A stretch of 64,000 nucleotides of DNA from the NCBI RefSeq assembly GCF_009914755.1, contig NC_060940.1, one strand, 5' to 3'. The position numbers and the translations under genes were made by a program. Each line of letters starts with the position of its first letter. Within the stretch, counting starts at the first letter, position 1. Origin of the DNA: the human T2T-CHM13v2.0 reference genome, Homo sapiens. The notes below the pieces were generated by a model that searched no databases, was not told where the DNA came from, and saw nothing but the letters and a program-made list of their open reading frames with translations. Below are positions 1-13,490 of the stretch, piece after piece.

Positions 1-236
1 ACATTAACTTTGTAATCATTAACTTATTGACAGTGTTGTAAGTCAGACAGGGATTACTGAAGATTTTGACACAGAGGAATGACATGGTCAGGACAAGAAG
101 AATCTAGAAGGATCCCTATAGCTGTGGCACCCAAGATGGCTTGCATGGTGCAAGCAGTGAAGAGAGGTGGTTAGGAGGCTCTGGGACTCACCCAGGCATA
201 GGGTGATAAGATCCTGAGTAGAAGAGGAGAAGAAAG

Positions 237-546
<310 letters not shown>

Positions 547-593
547 GAGGAAAGAGTGAATGAACCTGGAAGAACTTGGTGAGTGTTCTAGGA

Positions 594-677
594 GAACAGG
601 ATGGATTCTTGTCACCCCAATATGCTTCTGAATGACAGCAAGAGAGACATACTGAATGTTTGGTGCATTTAGGAAGG
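594..677 (+). repeat. Dispersed direct duplication, copy 1 (copy 2 at 2210-2301)
   Basis: gaacaggatggattctt(g/t)tcaccc..aatatgcttctgaatgacagcaa..gagagacatact...gtgcatttaggaagg is present at both sites. Confidence 0.9.
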
Positions 678-919
678 AAAATACATGAGTCAATTCAGGA
701 ACAAGTCAGTTGGAAATTTCATCGGCCTCCTAATCTGGATAGTGGCCTTTGTAAGAGCAGCACTTTTAGTTGTAAGGGTTGATTTGGGGCGGTGGGCTTG
801 GTAATGAGGACCACCTGAGCATGAAGCATAGTAGCCTAGTGGGGCCCCTCTGTAGAGGCAGTTTTATCCCAGGTTACTGATTTCAAAGCTGCAGATGCTG
901 TGCAGATCACAGGGGCTAA

Positions 920-1087
920 GGTAGGGTTTCTCAGCCCTGATTGTGCATTGAATCACTTGGAGAAAGAGCTTAAAACACTCTCCACTGTAGATCAAATAGA
1001 ATAGAATCTCTGGGCCTAAGACCCTGGCATTATGTTTGAGAAGCTCTTCCAGATGATTCTAAGATGCAGCAAGATGGAGACTGCTAA
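920..1087. mobile_element. MER5-like hAT-Charlie MITE
   Basis: gtttctcagccct...gcattgaatcacttgg...gaatctctggg...gatgattctaagatgcagc matches the MER5A/B pattern. Confidence 0.7.
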
Positions 1088-1845
1088 GTTTAGGGTTCAG
1101 AAGGGGCAGGGGAAATGACAAAAAATGCAGTCACCCTGAGCTCTCCCTATTAATATGCAAAGGGGAAGGGTCTGGGAAATGATTTGAGTAGTGACAGAGA
1201 GGGAGGAAGAGAAGAATAACCCAAATTGGGTGAAAACGTAAAAAACCAGGAGATTAAAAAAAAAAAAAAAAAAGCAAAAAAGCAACACTAGAGATGAACT
1301 GCGTAGTAAGCGTGATGGACTATCCCAAAGCCATCACCATCACCATCGCCTAAGGGGCGATGGAAGACAGAGCACAGGAAAAGATCAAAACAAAGCAAGA
1401 TAGTCCATGGAGGAATTGCAACATTTCCTCACTAAACATTGAGCGTGGGGTTAAGAGGTTAGAAATACAGCAAAGGGAGGAAAATGCACAGCCCTAATAG
1501 AGCAGTTATTCCTTAGGATCCACACTGCAGCCTTTTACAAAGTCCCTGGAGCATTTTTGAGGGTGTGTGGCTCTTGGGTGGGGAGCTGTGAAAAGCAAGA
1601 TCTATCTTCACACTTCACATGAAGCTTTGGCAGCTTCACATCACTATCTTTAAAGTGGTCTGGGTTATTTAAGAACACCATATTTATTATAGAAGAACTT
1701 GAGAAAGGCAGATGAGCAAAAGCAGAACAAGACCAAAGCTAAATTCAACAGTCCTATGTAAAACCACCACCAAAGCCAGATCTATTTCTTTCCCATTGTC
1801 TTGTCTATTTCTTTCCCATTATCTTTCCTCTGCTCTGAGTGTACT

Positions 1846-2160
1846 TTTTCTTTTTTCTTTTCTTCTTTTTTTTTTGAGGTGGGTTTGCTTTGTCACCCAG
1901 GCTGGAGTGCAGTGGTGCAATCAGGGCTAGCCACAGCCTTGACCTCCTAGGCTCAAGCAATCCTCCCACCTCAGCCTCCCAAGTAGCTGGGACTACAGGA
2001 GCAAGCCACCATGCCCAGCTTATTTTTGTATTTTTTTTTTTTTGGTAGAGATGGGGGTCTTGCTATGTTGCCCAGGCTGGTCTCAACTCCTGGGCTAAAG
2101 TTATCTGCATCCCTCAGCCTCCCAAAGTGTGGGATTGCAGGCGTGAGCTACTGTTCCTGG
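1846..2160 (-). mobile_element. Alu (AluJ-like)
   Basis: Antisense Alu with J diagnostics (cagccttgacctcctaggctcaagcaatcctcc). Confidence 0.93.
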
Positions 2161-2209
2161 AATACTTTTTCTTCTTACACAAAAAGATTATACTAGATCT
2201 AATCTGAGG

Positions 2210-2301
2210 GAACAGGATGGATTCTTTTCACCCCTAATATGCTTCTGAATGACAGCAAAAGAGAGACATACTATACAAAATGCTGTGTGCATTTAGGAAG
2301 G
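2210..2301 (+). repeat. Dispersed direct duplication, copy 2
   Basis: Near-identical to 594-677 and embedded in degenerate antisense L1M-like sequence. Confidence 0.9.
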
Positions 2302-2976
2302 TTTTGTAATTTTTTTTCATTTAGCAATAGATTAGGAACATTTTCATTTAACGATAAATTGGGACCATTTTTTTCTATGTTAGAAAAAACCACATGATCC
2401 TTTTAAATGACTGCCTAATGTTTTATTGTATGAATATTTCGGCATGACTTAATTCCCTTGTAATAAACACATAGACAATTTTCAGTTTTTCAGTTATTTT
2501 CATTGCTCTAATATCCTCATACATGTATCTTTATGCAGTTAGCTGATTTTTGCTTTGGGAAACATTGCTCCAAGTGGAACGGCTGCAACAAAAGGTGTGT
2601 ACATTTTTAGGTCTATTGATTCATAGCACCAAACTACCCTGTGATTAGCCCTCCCCGTGGTGTAATGTGAGTGTGTGAGGAATTACTCTTAAACTAGTCA
2701 ATGCAGCTTTATCTATATAGATAAATAAGGATCATGCTGCTCTAGGGTTCTCTCCACTTGATGGGATGAAGTCTAATTCTCTGCTATAAGGTGCTGATTT
2801 ACCTGGGACAAAGGTGTTCAAACCCATCTTCTCTCCTATATCTCCATACCCCACGTTTGTACCCTCATGATGTGAACAGGGTGGGGTAAAAGAGATTGGG
2901 AAGCTCTCCCAGCCTTCTCGGGTCCTAAGTGCCTGCTAGTCCTTCAAAAAGGCAAGGAAGACACCCCCTCCAGTTA

Positions 2977-3444
<468 letters not shown>

Positions 3445-4217
3445 CTAAAGATAGAGTCCTGAGGGTGGTGGTTCTCACCCCTAACTGCAAATTAGAATCA
3501 CTTGGAAGAGATTTTAATATATTCTGATGCTGAGGTCTTACTCCAGTTCATTTAAGTTAGAATCCCTGCTATTAGGTAGGGGACTTGGAGTTTTAAAGTG
3601 ATTTCCAGGTGGTTGTAATTGCCCCCAAGGTTGGGCAGGACAGCCTCAGGGCATTAAATGACCCTTGTTAGAGAAGATGCAACCTGGGGCCTTAGGGAAA
3701 GCCAAACCCTTTCACACATTTTCAATGAGCTCTTTAACAACCAATTTCAGACTACTTTAAGCATTTTAAACTCTTCCTGCCCTCAGGCACATAGTCCAAG
3801 CAGCACATTCATAAAGGGAGAGGCTATTGCCTCAGCTCAAAGAAAAATTACACTTCTTTCATGTGAATATACCATTCTGCCAATGGGCAGTTTAAGTCAT
3901 CACTTCCAGACAATTTGTTTTATAATTACAAACCTCATAAAAATAATGTCCTACAAATTAATCAGCTGAGGAAGGACTGAAAAGCTTTTGTTTTGTTTTG
4001 GGTGGTTGTTTTGGCTAGGGACAAACTGGCTCTTTTAAAAAAGGAAAATTTCCAGAGTCTTGCAAAGTCCCTCAGCTCACTGAATTTCATGTCCTCTGGC
4101 CCTTGGATTTTACCATCCAACTCAGGATACTCACAGTCTTCTTAATAAACCCTCACTCTCCTGTCCTCTAAGCTGTTGCTCACATGGTGGTTTTTCCACT
4201 TGGTGTTTCCTTGAAGT

Positions 4218-4308
4218 AGGATTGCCAGATTTAGCAAAAACAACAACAGCACAAAACACAGAGTGCCCAGTTCAATTTGAATTTCATATAAATAACAAAT
4301 AATTTTTA
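4218..4308. mobile_element. MER53-like palindromic hAT MITE, left arm
   Basis: aggattgccagatttagcaaaa...gtgcccagttcaatttgaatttcatataaataac is the reverse complement of the arm at 6616-6713. Confidence 0.8.
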
Positions 4309-6615
4309 AGAGATTCTGCCACTTGTTAAATGTGTCTGTTCTAAGATGCCTCCTGGAACCAGGGAACTAACCACAGGATGGATTTGGGGACCCACTGTAC
4401 TCACTGTGAGATGGATCTGAGCTAAAACGCCATTGCTTGACTGACCTCCATAAGCTCTTCCTCTGACTAGTGGACCACAGTGATGTTTGGGGTTCCCAGG
4501 AATTGGTGTCAATTCAGAGCCAGTGTCCAGTAATCACTCAAAGTTCTGATTATTTCCTTTTTCCTAATGCATAGTCACCCTGATAAGAACCCCTTGGTCC
4601 CTTTGGGGAAGGCTGAAGAAAGATTAGCAATATACACTTTGGGCAGTATAGCATGGTCCTTCCTCAAGGGGACTCAGCCTCCCTTTCATTCAAAGGATTC
4701 TGGTTCTGTAAACTGACTCAAGTTTAGGAATTAATCGAAGGGCAAGGACTCTGTTTTGGTGATTCCAGTTAGACTTCTGTTCACTCAGCCTAGAACTCTT
4801 CTGTATATACAGATCACATACGAATTTAGTAGATTGCCCCTCTATTTCTTTTTTAGCTGCTGCATGATCAACCAGCCAATGCTGTGATCTCTGTGACTCA
4901 GACTCATGATTCCTGTTTTGACCCCCTGTCCGTGACTGTAACCACACCCACGTTGCCTTTGGTGATTAAGTGCTGTCATTTGTCCCCTGCTCCAGGATCC
5001 AATTATTCCCATTGCATTTAGAATCCCAGCTTAGTAGCAGCATTTCTCATTGTAATTTCTGACATTCAGATAAAAATGACCCCAGAACTCTTCAAAGATG
5101 CTGGGCTCCCCTGACAAATTTATTTCTCACAGTTGTAGTGAAACTACCAGGGTGAATGAGCAGGCTTTACATGACAAATTCACTCTAACATTCCAATTCC
5201 AATCTCTCTAAGCCTTTGGGCACCTTCTTCTACCTTCCTTTACAGAATAACAATGCAGTTCTGGTATTTCAACTTCATTTAGTGCAGGACCCCTTTTGCT
5301 CCATGTTTCAGCCAACCAAACAGCCACACTGTTAAAACTCTTAACTCAAGGAGCTGCAACATGAGATCCAGAATTTCTGCTTAGTGGGCCCATATCAGTA
5401 AATTCAGCCCAATCCAACTTTATGTTCCTTCCACTATTATCCCACACCCTTGATATCCATTCCCACATATATTCCCTAGATTTATGTCCGTATACATTGG
5501 AAAAGTCATGCATTTCTTTTGGAGTGTAGCACCCTGCCGCCAACCATAGGTCATTCTTTGTACTTCAAACTTTGGGGCCTGCTGGGACTTGAGTCTAGTT
5601 ATAGGTCCAGAAGCAAAGAGGGGTGGTGGGAGTGGGTTCCGAAGAAGAATCAGCACTGTCTCAAAAGATAACTACCTCAGAGGTGGCCATTACAGATGCT
5701 GCAAGCAAAACAGTGTTAACCTCAAACTGCAGGGAGGCGATATGCTTAGGCTTTGTGTCCCCACCCAAACCTCATCTTGAATTGTAATCCCCATGTGTTG
5801 AGGGAGAGACCTGGTGGGAGATGATTGGATCATGGGGTCAGTGTCCCCCATGCTGTTCTTATGACAGTGAGTGAGTTCTCATGAGATCTGATGGTTTTAT
5901 AAGTGTCTGACTGTTCCTCCTTCACACACTCACTCACTCTCTCCCACCTGCCACCATGTAAGATGTGTCTCTTCCCCTTCCGCCATGATTGTAAGTTTCC
6001 TGAGGCTTCCCTAGCCATGCAGAACTGTGAGTCAATTAAACCTCTTTTCTTTATAAATTACCCAGTCTTGGGCAGTTCTTTATAGCAGTTGAGAATGAAC
6101 TGATACAGGAGGAAAGGAGGATGAAGGGCTGTTTCTACTGGCAAAAAGACTTGGCACAATTTATGGGTTCAGTGTACCCAGCTTCATTGGGATCTGCCCA
6201 TACGACCCCATTCAAAATTTCAGGATCTCATTCTCTCCTAATCCAAACCCTCACTTTAACAGCAAATACCCTGTGAGGCTGTGAATTCAATTTCCATTGT
6301 AGTTCTGCTATTCTCAAGATGAGACTCTGGGTCACTTTTCAGCAATCTCAGCCTTGCAGGAGATACAAGAGATAAGGGTTTGTTCCTCCCCCCCCTGCCC
6401 CCGCCGGGGCAGACACAGAAGCTTTCAAGTAATTTATGCAGTATTTTGAGCTGAGAATTTGAAACTCTGAGCTTATTCTTTTCTTTCCCCACTTTCTCCA
6501 GCTCAGCTGAGAGCAGCTAGCGAATCTTATTATACTTACTAATTTGACTAAAATGTTCTAAGGTATCAAATGCATAGTCACCCAGAACCTTGCCTTTTAT
6601 TAGTATTCGGCTAGT
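4309..6615 (-). mobile_element. ERVL (HERV-L-like) internal fragment, gag through protease, no LTRs
   Basis: Aspartic protease motif LLDTGSELTPIPGNPKHHCGP (DTG at 4519-4527) and gag segment YTPKEMHDFSNVYGHKSREYMWEWISRVWDNSGRNIKLD (ORF 5346-5543). Stops and frameshifts throughout. Confidence 0.88.
5738..6107. mobile_element. MaLR solo LTR (MSTA/THE1-like) nested in the ERVL fragment
   Basis: gatatgcttaggctttgtgtccccacccaaac...aattaaacctcttttc...tgataca, with a 5-bp TSD GGAGG at 5733-5737 and 6108-6112. Confidence 0.92.
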
Positions 6616-6713
6616 AGTATCTAATATTTGGGACATACTTGTACTAAAAAATCATACATTGTTTATCTGAAATTCAAATTGAACTAGGCATTCTGTATTT
6701 GGTCTGGCAACCT
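6616..6713. mobile_element. MER53-like MITE, right arm
   Basis: gggacatacttgtactaaaaaat...ttatctgaaattcaaattgaactaggcattctgtatt..tctggcaacct. Confidence 0.8.
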
Positions 6714-7227
6714 TGCTTTACAGAAATCCTCTTTATCCTCCAAAATTGAAGTATATTTCCAATAGACTGCTCCAGAAAGAAGTTATTACTTTAATTAATA
6801 TTATTTATTGACCACTTACAATGTGTCTGTTCTAAGTGCTTTCCATAAATGAATTCACTTAAGGCCTGATTATAACTTAGGGCTAGCTATTCTTTTACTC
6901 CCATTTTACAGGAGAAGCTGAGCCTCAGAAGAGAAAAATAAGTTGCCCAGTAGATCACAGCAAAAAGGTGGTGGAGTGGGATTTTTACCCAGACAGTTAG
7001 GGGTCTGGGTTCACATGGATAATCATGGATAACATGACGCGACCTTGTGACCTCTTCTACCAGAAGCTTCCACAGAGGTGTGTTTGTGCCTTGTCTGGGG
7101 CCCTTAACATATTGTTGTCTGTCTACTCTAGCAGGCTGTGATATCATTGGCTAATAGCAGAAATCATGTTTTATTTATTGCCACATCCTCATGTCATGAA
7201 ACTTGGAAAAATTATATTTATTATTCA

Positions 7228-7605
7228 ACTTTAAAAAGGGAGGAAATTCTGACATGTGCCACAGCATGGATGAACCTTGAGGACATTATGCTAAGTGAAA
7301 TAAGCCAGACATAAAATGATAAATTGTGTGTGATTCCACTTATGTGAGGTACCTATTACAGTCAAATCCACATAGATAGAAAGTAGAATGGTGGTTTCTG
7401 GGGCCTAGGGAGAGGGAGGTATGGGAATGATTGATTAATAAGCATACAGTTATAGCTGAGGATGATAAAAATGTTCTGGAGATGGATGGCTGTGATGGTT
7501 GTACAACTATGCAAAAGTATTTAATGCCCCTGAACTGTATACTAAAAATGGTTAAAATGGTACATTTTATGTCATGTGTATCTTACCACATTTTAAAATA
7601 AATGT
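7228..7605 (+). mobile_element. L1M (L1MB-like) 3' fragment
   Basis: catggatgaaccttgaggacattatgctaagtgaaataagccagac...aaaatggttaaaatggt. Confidence 0.85.
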
Positions 7606-8015
7606 TATACTTAACTTAGCACAGGAGGTTAAGAGCCCAGGCTCAGGGTTCAGTACTGTCTGAGTTGAACTATGGCTCAGCCACTTACCAGCTGTGGGAT
7701 TTGGGGCTAGTCATTTCACATCAATTTCATCAGTAAAATGTGGATGGACAATAATGCACATATCATGTAGTTGTGAGGACAAAGTGAAACAAAATATGCT
7801 GAGTGCTTGGCACAATGGTTCTCATCCCCACAAATGGGGGAGATTTTTAAGACTATCGAGGACTAGACTCTCACAGATAAGTTAAATCTGGCCTTGTGTC
7901 TTTAAATGTTTCTATTTAAGAACATTTCAAAGATACATACAAGTGATAGATAGTTCTCACATAAGCATAATGTAGACTGAACATTTATCAAGATTTTAAC
8001 ATTGAAATATATCAC

Positions 8016-8328
8016 CTTTTTTTTTTTTTTTTTTTGAGACAGGGTCTCACTCTGTTGTTGCCCAGGCTGGAATGCAACGGCACAACATAGCTCACTGCAG
8101 TCTTAACCTCCTGAGCTGAAGCAATACTCTCACCTCAGCCTCCTTAGTAGCTGGGACTACAGGTGTACACCACCATGCCTGGCTAATTTTTTTTTTTTTT
8201 GGTATTTTTTGTAGTTATGGGGTTTTGCTATGTCGCCCAGGCTGATCTCAAAATCTTGGGCTCAAGCTATCCACACTCTTCAACCTCTCAAAGTGCTGGG
8301 ATTATAGGCGTAAGCCACCACACCCAGT
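8016..8328 (-). mobile_element. Alu (AluJ-like)
   Basis: Antisense Alu dimer with T-tail. Confidence 0.93.
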
Positions 8329-9364
8329 AGAATATATCATTCTTAAAGGTGAAAGAGTTATTGGGACAACACAATGTCTGGCACATAGTACTTGTGCAAC
8401 AGATTTAGCTGTTATTATTACTTTTACTCTAATTAGAAATTTCTTTGCTTTAAGTACCTTAATTTTGAAAAGGGATGCTCTGAATGGGAGAGGTGCCTAC
8501 TGATGTCACTGTAAATGTATGACTCCTATTGAAATTGTACCCAGAGGGTTTTCTTCTTCTGTGAATCATCCTGGAAGTATTCTGCATCTCAAATGGACAT
8601 AAATCAATTTGAACCAATAACAACGTTATTTCTGAAATACCATACTGCAGTGGAATCTGACAGTAAGGTAAAATAGAGAGAAATAAATAGCATAGGGAAT
8701 ATGGAGAGGAAATATAGTCTTTCAGGCCTCAGGAAAAAGTGCTTTTAATCTGGGAATGTTCTGTTATGGTACTCACCCACTGCACGCCCAGGGCAGACAT
8801 TACTAATCAATATACTCTTTCCCACTGAACCCTAAAGCTGCATTAGAATTTTTAAGACAATGCTTTAGGTACCCACCAACAATCAATGAGAGGTGGCATA
8901 GGAGATGAGTCGTATATATTATTCTTTTTTTGTACCCTTTTTTGTGCCTTAGGTAAGTAATACTACATACCCAGAAGGAAGAAAACGCTTTCTGAGAGAG
9001 CAAAACAACTGTTTGAACTTCCTCAAAATCCACCAAAAACAGCAAAGTCATTTCCATGGGGCTATCACAGGGCCATGAGCCACAGGTCATTCTAAGATGT
9101 GGAGTCTTAGAATCCATCCAAAAACAGCTAAAGGAAAATAACAATAGCCTGGACCTGGCCTGGATTTCTGCCATGTTGGAATTGGTTTGAAATAAAAGTG
9201 TTCCAACACTCTTCTAGTTACGAAAATTAGCTTTGCCTCATGCTGCCAAGTGGCTAAGTCTCAAATGTGTATTTTTCCAACTTTAAGTTGAAGCAGTGAG
9301 AAAACTCATAGAAAAGATTAGGAAAAAATAAGGTCCATGAAACTAGTCCAATAGTGGGGCTGAA

Positions 9365-10800
9365 AATGACAATAATAGTAACAATGAAAATTTGGTGCAT
9401 ATTTTCTATTTGCCAGACTTTGTGCCTAGGTGACATGTGGTTCTTCTCACTTCCTCTGCACAAACAACCTTTGAGATCAGTAACATTTTCATTTGCCTTT
9501 CTTAGATGACAGTCCTGAAGCTCAGGGAAGTTAGGTAACTTGCTTGAGGCCACATGCTTTGCAAGTGATGCAGCTGTGGGATTTGAGCCCAGGTATGTCT
9601 GATTTAAGACATTGTACTCTTGAACCTGTGCATTGGAGGCCAGCAAGGCCTTTCCTTTCAGCAGGAAAAGATGGCAACTAAGAGTTTCAGTCATCTTCCT
9701 AACCTTTCTTTGACCTCACTCAAAAGGGCAAGAACTCGAATTTATTCATCATTATCTTTTCCATTGCATTGCATAATACCTGACATGTAATCAGTTCACA
9801 TTGAGCTGAATTAATATTTGGTGAGGTTTCTAAATCCAGCAGTGAACTCTGCTTGCAGAGCAATTGTGGGTTCTTCTAAATCTTTAGTTGCTTGTCTTGG
9901 AGCCAGGTTGAGTATTGTTCCTGTGGCTGTGTCCCTTGTATTATTAGCACATGCATTCAACACTATTTATTGAGCACCTACTCTATGCTAGGCAGTATGG
10001 TTGCAGGATAGCAGTCAACAGAAAGACCCAGTCCCAGCCTTTAGATTTGTAGTCCAGAGGGGAAGACACACTTGAGCAGAAGATCATATTAGCAATTGAT
10101 CATATGCTTAATTGCATATGTCAATTAAGAGCGGATGCTACAGAGGTGCTGAAGAAGGGTACCTAGGGGCTTACAGAAAACACTGATGGAGATGGCATCA
10201 GAATATCTAATACATACAGTGCTAGCCATGTGTCAAGCACAGATCTTACAATATTACATGACTCACCTTTTAAAATCCTCATACCAATTTTCAATTCCTA
10301 AAGCAAACCTCTCACCACCCATATTCATATGGGGAAACTGAAGCCCAGAGATGTAAGGTAACTCACTCAAGGTCAGGACAGTAAGTGGCAGAGATGGACT
10401 CAAAGTTGAGCTGTAGCTGTAATTCAATCCCTCTCCTAATCTACTGTGCTGAGTCTTCCCCTGGGAGGTCTGAAAAATAGTTGGAATTAGCTTTAAAACA
10501 GGAGGGGGACTGTTCGAGAAAGAGGAGGCGGTGGTTATGAAACCCGAATTGGACAGAGCTTCAGGAGCTGGGAGGTGTTCAGAACTGTGGTGGTGGCAGT
10601 GGATGAGGGCAGTGGTACAGGAAGGGGTGAGTTGAGCAAGAGTTAGATCTACCAGGCTGCCAGGGAGTGCAGCTTTCATCCTAAGGGCACTGGTGAGTTA
10701 TCAGAGGGCTTTGCCCAGGGAGTGATAAGATCAGATTTATCCTCTAAAGTGCTCACTCTGGCTATTGAGGAGAGAGAGAAGAGAAGGTGCTAAGGATGGA
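9365..10800. mobile_element. Cluster of degenerate MIR and L2 fragments
   Basis: MIR core motifs (gaagttaggtaacttgc, gggatttgagcccagg, ggaaactgaagcccagaga) and L2 3' motif (atttattgagcacctactctatgc). Confidence 0.7.
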
Positions 10801-10817
10801 GGTAGGGGGAGTGTGTG

Positions 10818-10945
10818 GCAGGGCTGGGACTAGGGTGAGACAAGTGAGGTTCCTAGGGCACTGCACTTGCACGGCCCTGAGAGTAACCCTCTCCTTCAAC
10901 TTTGTGCTCCAGTTGCCAATTGCGTCATCCAAATCTTAGTCCTGC
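10818..10945. mobile_element. MER91-like hAT MITE
   Basis: cagggctgggactagggtgagacaagtgagg start. Confidence 0.55.
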
Positions 10946-12914
10946 TATTTGGGCTGCTGCTGCAAGAATCTAGGCCAAGGTGGTATAAGCCAGGCCCACA
11001 AAGCACATCAAGGAAGCTGGAAACTCATAGAAATGGAAAATCCCTTTTTCACTTCTTGGGTATTTATGTTCGTTTTTGACTGTTAGCGCTTATCACATGC
11101 AGTTCATTTTATCTTCAACATCAGAAAGAGTGGAAAGTTTCCTGGGATGGAAATCTCTTTGAGGTTCAATAGTTCTTTACAAAAAAAATGGCAGTAGAGT
11201 CAGGGGAGGTAACAGAGGGAGAGGGAGAAGAGAGAGCAGTGGAGAGGGAGGGGGAAAAGTATGACATAGGATGAGATAAGAAACTCCTTTGCAAGTGTGA
11301 AGCCAAAGGATACATAATAAAAACAAATTCCAGCAGAATGGAAAGAAAACAAAACGCTACCTTGAAATGAAATATCCATTCTAAACATGTGCACTGCGCT
11401 TTTTCAGCATCACTACAGTGTTTTTGAGGTCCTTTTGTGAAAGACGTTGGTCACAAACCTATGCTTTAATCTTTAGCCACATTTTATCCAAAGGCCTTGG
11501 GAACCCGTGGGGTTTGCTAAGACTCCACCAACGTAGACGCTCGTTCAGCAGATAGGATGTTTGATGCCGCTTGCTGCAAGCCCTGGGAAGTTCCTACGAA
11601 TCATAAAGATTAAGGTGTTTTTTGAAGCTGGTTTAAATACACATAACACGAGAGTAACAAGCCAAGTACGAGAGAATTTAAATAAGCTGCTCTTTGGAGT
11701 TGCTGACACTCAGGCGTGTGGGCTCATAATTTGGGATTCTGAACTGGAGAAGATTCCAGAATGAAGCTTAGAAGAATGAGGTCTACTTTTACCTGTTCTC
11801 ATTCTATTCTTGTCTTTTGGTTCTTCATTTCTTAAAATGACCTGCTGGCAGCGACCCTGTGTTAGTCCCATGGGAATTACTTTGTGATTTGTGGTGGATT
11901 TTGAGGAAAAGGCAGTTGTTTTGCTCTCTTGGAAATTTTTTGGGTTCTTTTTGGGTACGTAGTATTGCTTACCGAAGGCACAAAAAAAGGGTACAAAATG
12001 AGAGCTGGGTCCTGCAGTCAACCACACCTGCTCTGATTAACCCTCAACCCACTCGTCCCTTTCATCGTTGAATGACATTTTCAATATCAACCCTTTGCTG
12101 GTTCTAAAGCACAGCAGCCTGTATTTGAATCCATTTCTGTTGCATAGCTTCTCCGTGAACTTGAACAAATTTCTCCACCTCTTCAAGTGTGAAATGGGGG
12201 CTAATGATGGTACTGATTTCCAGGGTTGCTGGAAGCATTAATCTAATCACGAGAAAGTGCATGCCAAATGCTTGGAATTAGTCCTGGCACATGCTAAGCA
12301 TTCATTAAATGTTAGTTTTTATTTTCATCAACTATTGGCTTTCACAAAACTTAACAACAACAAGCAAACCAAACCCTGAGGCTTCACTTTTGGGAATTAA
12401 ACGATTAAATATTATGAGGTCTAAGACATTAACTTTTATTAATGCATAATAAATGATTACATGTCACTAATAGATTGATATCTATTAATATACATTAAAT
12501 GATTAGCTTAATTACATTTAAAAATATCTGCAACAACTAAGAATTATATGTTGATTGATGAAATGGGTTAAAATTAAATTAAATGCGTTAATATACATGA
12601 AGCAGTTACAACAGGACTCAACATCAGATATACACTCAACTAATTATTTTTTTAATTTGATAATATTTGAACTCTCTGGAGTGACTCCTTCAAAATCACA
12701 TCATTTTTGGGGAGACGACTGTAAGACCAAGGAAAAACAGTGGCATTTTCTCACCTAACAGTTTCTCCTCAATCCATGTTCCCTCTATCCCCTCAATCTG
12801 GTTTTTCTGTTTTGCTCTTTTCTACCTTCCTGCTGGTAGTCGAAGCGAGGGAGAAAGAGCAGAAGTAAGGTGAGGTTTTACCTAACAAATATAAATGCTT
12901 ATGGTGCCTTATAT

Positions 12915-13490
12915 TTTGGTGACTTTAAATTTTGATATAATTTCAAATTTACAGAACAGTTTTAAGAATAATATAAAGAACTTTGATTATAGCCTTTATC
13001 CAGATTCAACCATGGTTTATGTTGCTCCATTGACTCTATCAGTTCCTAGCCCTCCCTCCCTCTCTCTGTGTATTTCTGAAGTATTTGAGAGTGCCTTTGT
13101 ATATGTATTTCTGGATACTTGAGTGTGTATTTCCTAAGAACAAGGTCATCCTTTTACATAACCACAGTTCAGCTTTCAAAGTCAGGAAATGTAACATTGA
13201 TATATTACTATTATCTATTCCATAGTGTATTTTCAAACTTCATCAAATGTCAAGTTCTTTTTTTTAATCCAGCCCAGGATCCAATCTAGGATCACAAATG
13301 CTACTTATGTGTTTTGTCTTTTTAATTTCCATTACTCTGAAACAGTTCTTCATTCTTTCTTTGTGTTTCTTGGCCTTGGCATTTTTGAAGAGCACAAGCC
13401 AGTTACTTTGTTAAATTATTCTGAATTTGGATTTTTCTGCTGTTTCTTCATCCTGTATGCAAGTTATGCATTTTTGGCAGAAATACCACT
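12915..13490 (-). mobile_element. L1M (L1MC/ME-like) 3' fragment
   Basis: tataatttcaaatttacagaa...gtgtatttcctaagaacaagg...ccaggatccaatctaggatcac. Confidence 0.75.

Noticed and set aside
1343-1363. Hairpin ccatcgcc-taagg-ggcgatgg, and the similar taatagat/atctatta near 12467
   Set aside because: 8-bp stems are expected by chance in 64 kb and have no supporting context.
4306-5656. Domesticated ERVL gag/protease (Fv1-like) gene
   Set aside because: Reading frames are short and broken, with a TGA just upstream of the DTG motif and an LTR insertion in gag.
8803-10679. 123-146 aa ORFs (8803-9174, 9254-9694, 10263-10679)
   Set aside because: No recognisable domain. The latter two overlap MIR/L2 fragments, and the lengths are within chance expectation.
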